From a bacterium (GTDB taxonomy: Bacteria > J088 > JAWLBW01): a stretch of 64,000 nucleotides of DNA. The DNA is taken from positions 186,001 to 250,000 of the forward strand of contig JAWLHK010000001.1 in NCBI GenBank assembly GCA_041690355.1, written 5' to 3'. The notes beneath the pieces are model-generated. The model had not been told where the DNA came from and did not search any database. It saw nothing but the letters and a program-made list of their open reading frames with translations. The stretch's first letter is position 1. Each line of letters starts with the position of its first letter. This document shows positions 39,101 to 48,478 of the stretch, piece after piece. The translations under genes and the position numbers were made by a program.

Positions 39101-39226
39101 AACGTCGTGGGCCTCGAGCAGGCTCTCAGTGATTCGCCGATCCGGTTGCGGAATCGGTTCGGTGCAGCCGAGCACCGCGCCCCAAAGCGCTCCCGCCAGA
39201 ATTCCCGTACGCCAACGGTTTCTCAT
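36131..39226 (-). CDS. Surface lipoprotein with cadherin-like/tandem-95 Ig repeats and a C-terminal PQQ-type beta-propeller
   Basis: Lipobox VLGC; TxED...YTPxADxxGxDxFxY...VxPVNDxP repeats; IGPDGTIYV, LNPDGTVKW blades. Confidence 0.85.
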   Translation of the reverse strand: MRNRWRTGILAGALWGAVLGCTEPIPQPDRRITESLLEAHDVSAQTEEDTPLRASFDVAGDVAGDVAGDAAGDAAGASGVQFKALTQPSNGTLTLDAAGFTYTPHADFHGADSFDYEAIAGDESASATVMITVIPVNDLPSATGATLGAATFRAGDTVTVAAEGWSDVDGDAEGYRYRWEVNGNQVDAEGATLPAIHVVEGNTLQAFVVPFDGTLEGEEVASEVAAVVNTSPVAYAADLTTAEDMAVTNIYLYHDADVADDITVEIVESPLHGTLSFPDADSWTYTPDADWNGADGFSFRVSDGTAWSLPADVSIEVLPVNDAPTAAALVYAGSEWRAGMTVTVLEPMIVADVDGDSVSFLYAWEVDDSAVPVTTNTLPGSYVVKGAQIRAVVTPFDGIVTGDAVFGAFITIVNTAPTAAPITVSTDEDTAVQQALAGSDADASDVLVYEITANPANGTLSFPSEDAFRYSPSFNWHGTDTFSYRVSDGTAWSDPAEVTVTVNPVNDSPYWVMTMGAGVKAPGETTTIQVWAADYEGDTLSYAWLRDGVTVATGSTYSVTAPAETYAEIALTARVSDGATYRDLSLAVRTAGPGVTGVMVTPASTANRWSLAVETGSYTGAAVTDVWWRIGGTVTAQGETAVWDAPGVPGIYQFELAVTDAQGYTGWFTGAAAITSPTQWAGNGNDLQNTGQHYFAEMLGTDMLPAPVDTTGTVVYAVFVGTDAHLPLSLSAEGTIVGSRFQTSVFARRATDGSELWSKATATYGVKAAISSGGTVYAAGNNGMLHAIRETDGHVYWTVSTGGGHHREPVPGSDGRIFAASEASQLFRLFDPADGSEIWATDLDPLTTNVLTSNVVVNAEGQSYVVVGATLFSVYPDGATSWAVTVASGAVSSLALGGDGTVYAGGEDNHLYAVAATGGVLWSVNIGQDVNPPKIGPDGTIYVKTTNGNLSAVSPDGTRKWWYDSLGGNPPAIGADGTIYLGTWEKLVALNPDGTVKWHYDKAGVNFGSPVVDAEGYVYVATNAGYLYKLK
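39000..39059. repeat. In-frame 12-bp tandem repeat x5 (DVAG/DAAG)
   Basis: CCCGC(C/A)(G/A)CATCG x5. Confidence 0.85.
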
Positions 39227-39404
39227 GAACACCCTCCCCGCACGCATGCGGATTCTTGCTTCTGGCTGGCCAGTGTAGCCGTTGCTGCGGACCCCGGGTA
39301 TCCAGAAAACTGGAGTGCGCCCGACACCCCGGGGTCCCATGCCGGCGGCAGGCCGGGGCCGCCGTATGGTATCTTTTTGCGTCTACCCTATGTCCGGAGT
39401 CTCC

Positions 39405-42053
39405 ATGAATCGATTGCCCGCCGCAGCCCTGCTGTCGGCCTGCCTCTTCGCGGCCTGCAGCGGCACGCCGCCGGAATCTTCGCTTGCGTGCCCCCCCGCC
39501 GAACGCGCCCAGGCCTTCGCGCTGTCGTCGGAAGAGCCCTTCCTTTCGGGAGTGAAGGCGGTGGGCACGAAGGGTGACTACCTGCTGCGCTCCGACAAGG
39601 CGTCGTTCGTCATCTCGGGCATCGACCGCGGAACGACCTATTACCACTACGGCGGGATTCTGGTGGATGCCGCACCGACCGAACGCTGCCGGCAGGTGGC
39701 CGACGATCAGTTCGAAGAAATGGGGCTGCTGTTCGGCAAGCTCGACCTCGCGGACTTTTCGGCCTCGACCCTGCGCGCCTTCCGCGGGCAGCAAGTGGAA
39801 ATCGTGAACGATGGCAGCGACGGCAAGGCGGCCCATGTGCGCGTGCGCGGCGTCGACGACCACTACTGGCTCGTCGAGTACGAGCTCATCCGCCAGAAGT
39901 TCCACGAAGGGGGCGTCAAGCCGCTCTCGCAGCCCTACGGCGTCGAGGTCATCGTCGACTACCGCTTGCCGCCCGGAGCATCAACCCTGCAGATCGACTT
40001 CTCGGTGCGCAACCTCGGCGACGAGACGCACCGCTTCATGGTCGGGCCCGAGATGATCTTCGGCGACCGGCTGCGCGTCGCCCGCTACGGGAACCTCTCG
40101 GTCGCCTTCGGCGGCTTCTCGCTGCTGGGCGCCATTCCCTTTCTCACGGCCGGCTCGCCCCACGGCTCCTATGCCATGGGAATGCAGGATGCGCGCATGA
40201 GCCAGACGAACGTCTCCGGCGTCGACGCCGTGCTCGATCTCGATCAGGCCCTCACCGATCCGCTTACGGTGGCGCCGGGCGAGACGAGCACGATGACACT
40301 TTTCTTCGCGGCCGGACCCACCGACGATCACAGCGCCGCGAAACAGCTGCAGCCGTATCTTGCGGAACCGCTCCCCAAGTGGACCTGGACGATGGAACCC
40401 TTCGGCGGACGCACGGTCGACACGGCGGGCAATCCCGTCTCCGGCGCGACCGTCGAGGTGCAGATGCAGAACCCCGAGGGGGCGTGGCACACACTCGAGC
40501 GCTATTTCAGCGATGCCGAGGGCCGGTTCGGCGACTCGCTCTCGGTCTTCGAAGGGAGCGGCACCCCCTACCGCGTCGTGGCCCATACGCCCGGGCGCCA
40601 GCCCACCGAGCCGCTCGCGTTCGACGCGCCGCCGGCCGAACCGCTGCAGATCGAGCTGAAAGCCGAGGGGCGCATCGACTACCGCATCGTCGACGGAACC
40701 GGCGCGCCGCTCCCCGCCCGCATCTCCCTGTTCCGCGCCGGCGAGCAGGTGAAGTACTTCTTCGTGCGCGGCGAGGGGAGCGAACCGGTGCCCCCCGGCG
40801 CCTACGAGGTCTCGGTCACGCACGGCTGGGAGTACGGAACCCATCAGGGGACGCTGACGGTGCCCGAAGACGGCGCCTACGAACTGAAGGCGACCCTGCA
40901 CCACCTGGTGGATACGAGCGGCTACCTTTCGGCAGACACACACACGCACCAGGAGCCGAGCGCCGACTCGACCGTGCTCCTTCACGAGCGCATCCTCTCG
41001 GCCGCCGGCGAAGGTCTCGAGGTGCCCGTCGCGACCGACCACGAGATCATCCACGGGCTCGAGGCCGCCGTGGCGGCCAGCGGACTCCAGTCGTGGGTCA
41101 ACTCGGTGAGCGGCGAAGAGTTCACGGCGACCGTCCCCGAGCACATGACGATTTTCCCCGTCGTTCCCGACGGCACGCCGCGCGGCAGCCCGCCCGTGTG
41201 GTATCAGCACGGGCTCGACGAGGCCTTCGGCAACGCCTACAGCCGGGGGGCGCAGGTGGCCTTTCTGAACCACCCGCGCGGCGGCTGTAACTGGATGTGC
41301 ATCATCGGCTACGACCGCGTTGCCGGCGCGCCGACCCTCGACGATCCGACCCGGATCGGGCTGGACGCCGATCAGTCGCTCTGGACGTGGAATTTTCACG
41401 GCATCGAGTACATGAACGGACCCAAGAATCCGTTTCTCGACCCCGCGCACCCCGATCGGACCGGCCTCTTCGACGACTGGCTGAGCTTTCTCAACCACGG
41501 CCACCGCATCACCGCCGTGGGGGCCAGCGATGAGCACGGCTTCAGCGAACTGGGCATGCCGCGCATCTACTTCGGCGTGATCGAGGATCGCCCCGAGCTG
41601 TTTCACCCCGATCAGCTGGTCGACGCCGTGCACCGCGGCGACGTGCTCGTGAGCACCGGCGCCTTCGCGCGCATCACCGTGAACGGCAAGACGATGGGCG
41701 ACGTGATCACCGACAAGGACGGCAGCGTCGACGTCGGTATCCGCATCGAAGCGCTCCCCGAAGTCGACGTGGCGCGGTTCCGCATCTATGTGAACTGCGA
41801 CGAGGTGCTCAAAGCCCCCACCGATGCCCCCGGCGACGTCGTCAAGCACGACCAGAGCTACGCCGTCGCGGTGACGGCCGACGCGCACATCGTCGTCGCC
41901 GGTTTCAGCGACGAGCCCCTGCCGCGCGGGCTGCCGCAGTTCAATCCGCGCAACGTACCGCGCTTCACGTCCAACGCGATCTATGTGGACGCCGACGGAA
42001 ACGGCACCTACGACGCGCCGGGGGGCAAGGCCTGCAACTATACGCTTGACTGA
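39405..42053 (+). CDS. CehA/McbA-like PHP metallohydrolase lipoprotein
   Basis: Lipobox FAAC; DTHTH, ATDH, GEE, NHPR, IEYMNG, GASDEH. Confidence 0.85.
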   Translation: MNRLPAAALLSACLFAACSGTPPESSLACPPAERAQAFALSSEEPFLSGVKAVGTKGDYLLRSDKASFVISGIDRGTTYYHYGGILVDAAPTERCRQVADDQFEEMGLLFGKLDLADFSASTLRAFRGQQVEIVNDGSDGKAAHVRVRGVDDHYWLVEYELIRQKFHEGGVKPLSQPYGVEVIVDYRLPPGASTLQIDFSVRNLGDETHRFMVGPEMIFGDRLRVARYGNLSVAFGGFSLLGAIPFLTAGSPHGSYAMGMQDARMSQTNVSGVDAVLDLDQALTDPLTVAPGETSTMTLFFAAGPTDDHSAAKQLQPYLAEPLPKWTWTMEPFGGRTVDTAGNPVSGATVEVQMQNPEGAWHTLERYFSDAEGRFGDSLSVFEGSGTPYRVVAHTPGRQPTEPLAFDAPPAEPLQIELKAEGRIDYRIVDGTGAPLPARISLFRAGEQVKYFFVRGEGSEPVPPGAYEVSVTHGWEYGTHQGTLTVPEDGAYELKATLHHLVDTSGYLSADTHTHQEPSADSTVLLHERILSAAGEGLEVPVATDHEIIHGLEAAVAASGLQSWVNSVSGEEFTATVPEHMTIFPVVPDGTPRGSPPVWYQHGLDEAFGNAYSRGAQVAFLNHPRGGCNWMCIIGYDRVAGAPTLDDPTRIGLDADQSLWTWNFHGIEYMNGPKNPFLDPAHPDRTGLFDDWLSFLNHGHRITAVGASDEHGFSELGMPRIYFGVIEDRPELFHPDQLVDAVHRGDVLVSTGAFARITVNGKTMGDVITDKDGSVDVGIRIEALPEVDVARFRIYVNCDEVLKAPTDAPGDVVKHDQSYAVAVTADAHIVVAGFSDEPLPRGLPQFNPRNVPRFTSNAIYVDADGNGTYDAPGGKACNYTLD

Positions 42054-42080
42054 CGAAGACAGCGGTCAGTGAAGGCCGCG

Positions 42081-42563
42081 TCAGTCCTTGTTCCGAATGA
42101 CCCGCAGGGCGGGACGGCCCGCCGGCCGCGGCGGCTCGGGCGGCTCGGATGGTTCCGGCGGTTCCGAAGCGGCGGCTTCGGGCACGCCTTGCGGAGCCCG
42201 CCGTTCGTCGACCGGCGGGTTCTCGAGCGAAGCCGGCAGGTCGCTCTCTTCGTCGAGGACGAAGGGAAACGCCTGCCCCGTCTCTTCGGCATAGATGGCG
42301 GCAATGGCGCCGAGCGGAACGCGAAGACGCCACGGGACCCCGCCGAAGCGCGCATCACATTCGATGCCGTCGCCGCCGATGCTCAGGTGGCGCACGGCGC
42401 GGGGGCTCACGTTCAGCACGATGCGCCCGTCTTTCACGTGCGAGGCCGGAACCTCGACGCCGGGGCGCGTCGCTTCGACCAGGACGAGCGGCGTCCAGCC
42501 GTTGTCGACGATCCACTCGTGAAAAGCGCGCAACAGGTAGGGTTTCAGGGGAAGCATGATCAC
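42081..42563 (-). CDS. sspB: ClpXP adaptor, stringent starvation protein B
   Basis: KPYLLRAFHEWIVDN, GRIVLNVS, ARFGG, AIYAEETG, C-terminal RPALRVI. Confidence 0.93.
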   Translation of the reverse strand: MIMLPLKPYLLRAFHEWIVDNGWTPLVLVEATRPGVEVPASHVKDGRIVLNVSPRAVRHLSIGGDGIECDARFGGVPWRLRVPLGAIAAIYAEETGQAFPFVLDEESDLPASLENPPVDERRAPQGVPEAAASEPPEPSEPPEPPRPAGRPALRVIRNKD

Positions 42564-42591
42564 CTCAGGGTACTTTCTGCCCCTCCGGTTT

Positions 42592-43332
42592 TCAACCCGC
42601 GAGTCCCCGCGTCAGCATGTGCAGCAGGGCCGGCTCGATTTCCGTGTCGACCAGCGGCACGGGAGATTTCTCGAACTGCCGCGCCAGCGCGAACTGGTGC
42701 ACGGTTTCGACCAGCACGCCGGCCACCGTCAGCGGACTCCCCGCGCGGCAGAGGGCTCCACGATCCATCAGGCGTTCGAGCCAGCGGGCGAAATCGTCGA
42801 GAAAACGCCGGCGGATGTGCGCGAACCAGAGCTGCTCCAGCTCGGGCCACTCCTTGGCGATGCGCTCGATGAGCCGCAGAGCGACGGCATGACCGTGCAG
42901 CGCCCGATACAGTTCGGCCAGCAGAGCGTGAAGCGCCTCCACGGCGTTCGCGCCGTCGACCGGGAGTTGCAGCCGCGCGCGCAGCTGACGCAGCGGCGAG
43001 TCCTTCTCGAGAAAGCGCTTCGCGAGCAGGATAGTCTCGCGTCGGGAAACGAGCGGCGCGGGCACCTGATTCACCGGATCGAGCGCCGGATAAAGCGCCG
43101 CGCGAAAGGCCATGTGCACCAGCGCATCCTTGCCCTGCACGTACCGGTAGACAGCCGCCTCGGTAATCCCGAATTCGGCGGCCAGATCGGCCAGGCGAAA
43201 TCCGGCGTATCCCCGCTCGGAAAGCAGCTCAGCGGCCCGCACCGAAACGTCGCGCAGGCGCTCGGCGACGGGACGCCGTGTCAAGGCGGCATTCGACACC
43301 GGGGCAGTCGATGCGTCAGCATAGTGAGTCAT
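42592..43332 (-). CDS. TetR-family regulator
   Basis: GYAGFRLADLAAEFGITEAAVYRYVQGKDAL; palindrome AGTCA-T-TGACT over the predicted start codon. Confidence 0.8.
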   Translation of the reverse strand: MTHYADASTAPVSNAALTRRPVAERLRDVSVRAAELLSERGYAGFRLADLAAEFGITEAAVYRYVQGKDALVHMAFRAALYPALDPVNQVPAPLVSRRETILLAKRFLEKDSPLRQLRARLQLPVDGANAVEALHALLAELYRALHGHAVALRLIERIAKEWPELEQLWFAHIRRRFLDDFARWLERLMDRGALCRAGSPLTVAGVLVETVHQFALARQFEKSPVPLVDTEIEPALLHMLTRGLAG

Positions 43333-43378
43333 TGACTAACATATTCGCAGGCCGTCTGGGAGCGCGCAACCCGCACCG

Positions 43379-43648
43379 TTCGCAGAAGATCAGTTCAACG
43401 GGTGGAAGGACGGCAAGCTGGTCGACCGGTACGTCTTCGACAACGCTCCCTCGAACCGCTGTTTCTGGCGCATGGAGCCGGACGGCATCCGCGCGAAGTT
43501 CATGGTCCCCTGGGGGCAGAGCGAAGATCCCGAAGATCCCCACTACCTCGATCGGGTGGATGACTACATCGCGCACACCTTCCGCGACTTCCCCTGCACC
43601 GAGGCGGAGATCGAGGCCGGGCGCGTCGAGGAGCGCATTCTGCGGTGA
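43379..43648 (+). pseudogene. Start-less C-terminal remnant of a penicillin acylase (Ntn hydrolase) family gene
   Basis: Hand translation: ...FDNAPSNRCFWRM...MVPWGQSEDPEDPHYLDRVDDYIAHTFRDFPCTEAEIEAGRVEERILR*; in-frame TAA at 43337 upstream and no N-terminal portion. Confidence 0.7.
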
Positions 43649-43774
43649 TCCGGCCGCGACGGTGGATGCCGCCCGGACAAGCGGGTATCCTGAAGGTTCT
43701 TTTCTCTGCCTTCGCCATGATTCCCGTGTCCCCACCGCCGGTTATCTCCACTTCTGCCCACACCGAGCGTCTCC

Positions 43775-45466
43775 GTGTCCGGTGACGCACATCTGCGCGG
43801 CGAGCTGCAGCGCCTGTTCGGCTTCTCGGCTTTCCGCCCGTCGCAGGAGGCGATCGTGCGGGCGGCCCTCGATCGACGCGATGTGCTCGGCGTGCTCCCG
43901 ACGGGGGCCGGCAAGAGCCTCACCTTTCAGCTCCCCGCCCTGCTCGAGCAGGGGTTGACCCTCGTCATCTCGCCGCTCATCGCGCTGATGGAAGACCAGG
44001 TGCACCAGCTGCGCGCCCGCGGCATCGAGGCGGCCGCCGCCATCACGACGCGCACCGGGCAGGACGACCAGGCGGATATCCTCTCGCGGGCACGTAGCGG
44101 CGACCTGCGCATGCTCTACGTCGCGCCCGAACGGCTCGCCTCACGCCGGTTCCAGACGGCGCTCGACGACATTCCCGTGCGTTTTCTCGTCGTCGACGAA
44201 GCCCACTGTGTGAGCGAGTGGGGGCACAACTTCCGCCCCGACTACCGCCAGATCCGCCAGTTCCGCAACCGGATTCCCGACGCCACGGTCATCGCCCTCA
44301 CGGCCACCGCGACGCCGACCGTCCGCCGCGATATTCTGGGGAACCTGGGGCTCGGCAACGCGGTCGAGGTCATCGGCGACTTCGACCGCCCCAACCTGCG
44401 CTGGCAGGTGGCCGAGGCCTCGGGGCGCAAGAAGCTCGACGCCATCACGGCCCTCCTGCGGCGCGAGCCCGCCGCCGCGGCCATCGTCTACGCGCCCAGC
44501 CGCAAGCTGACCGAGCAGATCGCCGACGTGCTGCGCGTCTCCGGACATGCGGCCGGCTTTTACCACGCGGGGCTGCCCGGCGACGTGCGCGAGCGGCGCC
44601 AGCAGGGCTTTCGCGACGGCACCATCAAGGTCATGGCCGCCACCATCGCCTTCGGCATGGGGGTGCACAAAGACGACGTGCGCCAGGTGATCCACTACTC
44701 GATGCCGCGATCGCTCGAAGCCTACTATCAGGAAGCCGGCCGGGCCGGGCGCGACGGCCAGCCCGCCGCCTGCACGCTGCTCTACTCCCGCTCCGATCTG
44801 CGCTACAACCACCAGCGCATCGAAGATCAATACCCCGACCGCGATACGCTGCGCGCCGTGCAGGTGGCGGCCGTCCGCGGCGAGCTGCGCGATCTCGCCC
44901 AGGGCGACGCCGACACGGGCGCCCACGCGCTCGCCCTGTCTGCGCTGCTCGAAAGCGGCTACCTCACGGGAAATCCGGTCGACGGCTTCGGCGCCGGCAC
45001 GGGGGGCGACGGCGGCGCGCGGGCGCTCGACTGGCTCACCCGCCATCGGCGGGCCGAGCTCGACCGTCTATACCGCGTGCGCGACTATGCGGAAACATCG
45101 GGGTGCCGCAGCACGGTACTGCTCGGCTACTTCGGTCAACAGCTCGACGAGTGCGGGCACTGCGATCGCTGCCTCGGGTTGGAATCGGAGGCGGCCGTCG
45201 CCACGAAGCGTCCGGCAAAACGTCCGCTGCCGGCCGAAGAAGGGATCGATCGCGAGCTTGTCGAACGCCTGCGGGCCTGGCGCGTGGCGCTCGCCAAGGA
45301 GTGGGAGGTGCCCGCCTTTCACATCATGAGCGACAAGACGCTGCGCGAGGTCGCCCTGTTCCGCCCGAAGAACCGCGACGAGTTCCTTCTCGTTTCAGGG
45401 CTCGGCGAGAAGAAGTGGGATGCGTTCGGGACGCGGCTGGTCGAATTTCTGGCCGAAGCCGTCTGA
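43775..45466 (+). CDS. recQ: RecQ-family DNA helicase with HRDC domain
   Basis: PTGAGKS, DEAHCVSEWGHNFRPDY, YYQEAGRAGRDG, CGHCDRC Zn site, HRDC VPAFHI. Confidence 0.93.
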   Translation: MSGDAHLRGELQRLFGFSAFRPSQEAIVRAALDRRDVLGVLPTGAGKSLTFQLPALLEQGLTLVISPLIALMEDQVHQLRARGIEAAAAITTRTGQDDQADILSRARSGDLRMLYVAPERLASRRFQTALDDIPVRFLVVDEAHCVSEWGHNFRPDYRQIRQFRNRIPDATVIALTATATPTVRRDILGNLGLGNAVEVIGDFDRPNLRWQVAEASGRKKLDAITALLRREPAAAAIVYAPSRKLTEQIADVLRVSGHAAGFYHAGLPGDVRERRQQGFRDGTIKVMAATIAFGMGVHKDDVRQVIHYSMPRSLEAYYQEAGRAGRDGQPAACTLLYSRSDLRYNHQRIEDQYPDRDTLRAVQVAAVRGELRDLAQGDADTGAHALALSALLESGYLTGNPVDGFGAGTGGDGGARALDWLTRHRRAELDRLYRVRDYAETSGCRSTVLLGYFGQQLDECGHCDRCLGLESEAAVATKRPAKRPLPAEEGIDRELVERLRAWRVALAKEWEVPAFHIMSDKTLREVALFRPKNRDEFLLVSGLGEKKWDAFGTRLVEFLAEAV

Positions 45467-45472
45467 TTCTGT

Positions 45473-46378
45473 TCAGCGCAGCATGACCGCGAGGTGGCGC
45501 TCCTGCCAGAAGGCCTCTGGGCGCAGAATCACGACCCGCGTGCCCGAGGGGGCCGTCTCGAGGCGGTAGGTATCGAGTCCGCGGGCCGGCACGAGCGATT
45601 CCACTTCGCCCGGAACAACAAGCTCGGTCACGTGCACCGAGGTCGGCATGAAGCGGTCGGCCGGATACGGGTGGTTCAGGACGGGCACCGATCCCCAGCC
45701 GAAGAGAAAGCCCCCCTCCCTGCGAATGACCCCCGCCGTCAGCAGGTCGGCTTCGGTCCCAATCACGTAGAAGGTGCGCTCCATCTCTTCGCGCAGATGG
45801 CGCATGCGGTCTTCGGCGGTACGGATGCGCTCGGTTTTCTCGGCGATCTCGCCCGCCTGCGTCGCGATCGTCACCCCCTGGGCCGAGACGAGATCGTGCA
45901 GGCCGCCGATCTCGGCCTGCAGGGCTTCGATGCGCTCCTGCCGCAGCTTGAGCTCGAGCGAGAGCTCCTTGATGCGCCGGTTGAGCGAGGCAATGCGCAC
46001 GCCCGCCTTATCGTTCCGGGCCACCAGATCCTCGATCTGCCGCTGCTTGTCTTCGAGGGCCTGGCGCAGGTTGTCGATATGCTGATGGGTCGCCTCGGTC
46101 ACCGCATCGAGCGCGCCGCTCTCGCCCGCCTCGATCGGCTTGAGGGTCACAATCTCGGCGTCGACGCGCGCGAGCTCGTCGTAGATTTCGTTGAGGGCCG
46201 CGAAGGTGGCGTCGATGCGCCGGTCGCGGTCGCTCATCTGCTCCTGCAGCGTCTGCCGCTCTTCAGCCAGCTTGCGGTTCCGTGCTTCGAGGTCGGCGAT
46301 CCGGTCGGCATTGCAGCCGGCCGACAGTGCGGCGAGAACGAACGGCATGATGGTCAGTCGGATGGCTGAAAGGCGCAT
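45473..46378 (-). CDS. Coiled-coil lipoprotein, function unknown
   Basis: Lipobox SAGC, long heptad region, FYVIGT..L...GVI..EGG C-terminal domain. Confidence 0.75.
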   Translation of the reverse strand: MRLSAIRLTIMPFVLAALSAGCNADRIADLEARNRKLAEERQTLQEQMSDRDRRIDATFAALNEIYDELARVDAEIVTLKPIEAGESGALDAVTEATHQHIDNLRQALEDKQRQIEDLVARNDKAGVRIASLNRRIKELSLELKLRQERIEALQAEIGGLHDLVSAQGVTIATQAGEIAEKTERIRTAEDRMRHLREEMERTFYVIGTEADLLTAGVIRREGGFLFGWGSVPVLNHPYPADRFMPTSVHVTELVVPGEVESLVPARGLDTYRLETAPSGTRVVILRPEAFWQERHLAVMLR

Positions 46379-46545
46379 GGCGGAACCTCATTGCGGACGG
46401 CGATCAACAGATCCACAGTGTATCCGGTCGGCAGGCCGTGGCGACAGGGGCGCCCCCTCAGCCCGCCGGGCGCCAAGCTCCACGTGCACTCGGTCTGCCG
46501 AAAGCAAACTGGAGATCCCCATGGCGAGCAGGGTACGCTGATGGA

Positions 46546-47202
46546 ATGCGGATAGGACAGCGTTTTCTGGACGAATGGGATCGCCGGGTGCTCCCGGTGG
46601 TGACGGACTGGTACACGAAATCGGCGGCAAAGTTCCGCAAGGAGCTTCTCGCCGAAGCACACGGACGGGTGCTCGAGATCGGGATCGGAAGCGGCCCGAG
46701 CCTCCCCTTCTACTCCACGCGCGTCACCGAGCTCGTCGGGCTCGAGCCCAACGAAACCGCGCGCCGCAAGCTCGAACGGCGGCTGCAGTCCGATCCGACC
46801 CCGTTTCCGGTGCGCGCCGTCGACGGCTCGGCGCTCGAACTCCCCTTCGAAAGCCGAAGCTTCGATGCCGTCACCTTTCAGCTCGTGCTCTGCACGGTGC
46901 CGGGCCCCGAGAAAGCGCTCGCCGAGGCGCGACGGGTGCTCAAACCCGACGGCCGGCTCCTCTTCGTTGAGCACGTGCGCCATACGCAGCCCCGCTCGGC
47001 CGCCCTGCAGGATCGCATCAGCCCGGCCTGGTCGGTGTTCGCCGGCGGCTGCCGCCTCAATCAGGACACGGAAGCAATCATCCGCCAGACCGGGTTTGCG
47101 GTGGACTGGATCAAGCACGTCGAAAACCGCACCCGGCCCCACTTTCTGAGCCACATGGTCTGGGGCGTCGCCCACCCCGCGCCGCAGGCTCCGGCGCGCT
47201 GA
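46546..47202 (+). CDS. Class I SAM-dependent methyltransferase
   Basis: VLEIGIGSG, FDAV, LCTV, RRVLKPDG, EHV, GGCRLN. Confidence 0.9.
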   Translation: MRIGQRFLDEWDRRVLPVVTDWYTKSAAKFRKELLAEAHGRVLEIGIGSGPSLPFYSTRVTELVGLEPNETARRKLERRLQSDPTPFPVRAVDGSALELPFESRSFDAVTFQLVLCTVPGPEKALAEARRVLKPDGRLLFVEHVRHTQPRSAALQDRISPAWSVFAGGCRLNQDTEAIIRQTGFAVDWIKHVENRTRPHFLSHMVWGVAHPAPQAPAR

Positions 47203-47305
47203 CCCCGCCGGGCCCGACTCCTTCGCACCCCGCGCGGCGGCGCATTGCCGTCGAGCGCGGATTGCGGCCATGGTACGTTCGCAGCAACGCGAAAGGAGTT
47301 CGGAC

Positions 47306-48457
47306 ATGCTGGCAATGACCTATCGCGGCCCCCACCGGGTCCGCATCGATCAGAAACCGATCCCCCGCATCATGCACGGTAACGACGCGATCGTGCGCGT
47401 CACCCGGGCGGCGATCTGCGGCTCCGATCTGCATCTCTTCCACGGGCTGATTCCCGATACCCGGGTCGGTACGACCTTCGGGCACGAATCGACCGGAGTC
47501 GTCGAAGAGGTCGGCCCCACGGTGCAGAACCTCAAGCCGGGCGACCGCGTGGTGATACCGTTCAACATTTCGTGCGGAACCTGTTTTTTCTGTTCACGCC
47601 TGCTGTACGGGAACTGCGAGAACACGAATCCCAATGCGAGCATCGCTTCGGGCGTTTTCGGCTACTCTCATTCCACAGGCGGATACGACGGGGCGCAGGC
47701 CGAGTACGTACGCGTCCCCTTCGCCGACGTGGGGCCGATGAAGATTCCCGACGACATGAGCGACGACGACGTCCTGCTCCTGAGCGACGTCATGCCCACG
47801 GGCTACCAGGCCGCCGAGATGGGCGAGATCAAACCCGGCGAGACCGTCGTCGTCTTCGGGTGCGGCCCCGTAGGCCTCTATGCGCAGAAGTCGGCCTGGC
47901 TGCTCGGCGCAGGGCGCGTCATCGCCGTCGACCATCTGGACTACCGGCTCGAATTCGCGCGGAACTTCACGGGCGCCGAAACGGTGAACTTCAGCGAGGT
48001 CGACGACATCATTGCGTGGCTCATCAAGCAGACCGACGGACGCGGCGCCGACGTGTGCATTGACGCGGTCGGGCTCGAGGCCGACGGCTCGCTGCTGCAG
48101 ACGATTTCGGGCATGAAGCTGAAATTCCAGGCGGGCGCCGCCACGGCCATCCACTGGGCGATCAATTCGGTGCGTAAAGGGGGCAACGTGTCGCTCATCG
48201 GCGTCTACGGCCCGCCGTGGAACCTGGTGCCCATCGGCACGGCCATGAACAAGGGGCTGACGCTGCGGATGAACCAGGCGAACACGCGGCGCTACATGCC
48301 GCACCTGCTCGATCACATCCGCGCCGGCCGGCTCGATTCCACGGGCATCATCACGCACCGCATTCCGCTCGAAGAGGTAGCCGACGCTTATCATATCTTC
48401 GAAAAGAAACAGGACAACTGCATCAAGACCGTGCTGATTCCGCCGACCGTGCATTGA
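47306..48457 (+). CDS. Zn-dependent alcohol/formaldehyde dehydrogenase (YbdR-like MDR)
   Basis: ICGSDLH, GHE, CGTCFFC..C, GCGPVG. Confidence 0.92.
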   Translation: MLAMTYRGPHRVRIDQKPIPRIMHGNDAIVRVTRAAICGSDLHLFHGLIPDTRVGTTFGHESTGVVEEVGPTVQNLKPGDRVVIPFNISCGTCFFCSRLLYGNCENTNPNASIASGVFGYSHSTGGYDGAQAEYVRVPFADVGPMKIPDDMSDDDVLLLSDVMPTGYQAAEMGEIKPGETVVVFGCGPVGLYAQKSAWLLGAGRVIAVDHLDYRLEFARNFTGAETVNFSEVDDIIAWLIKQTDGRGADVCIDAVGLEADGSLLQTISGMKLKFQAGAATAIHWAINSVRKGGNVSLIGVYGPPWNLVPIGTAMNKGLTLRMNQANTRRYMPHLLDHIRAGRLDSTGIITHRIPLEEVADAYHIFEKKQDNCIKTVLIPPTVH

Positions 48458-48478
48458 ACATCTGGAAAGAGGACGCTC

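Noticed and set aside
42081-42563. sspB without sspA as a novelty
   Set aside because: sspB occurs without sspA in other lineages, so this is not distinctive.
43316-43735. 139-aa minus-strand ORF
   Set aside because: Antisense to the acylase remnant, which has the recognisable motif.
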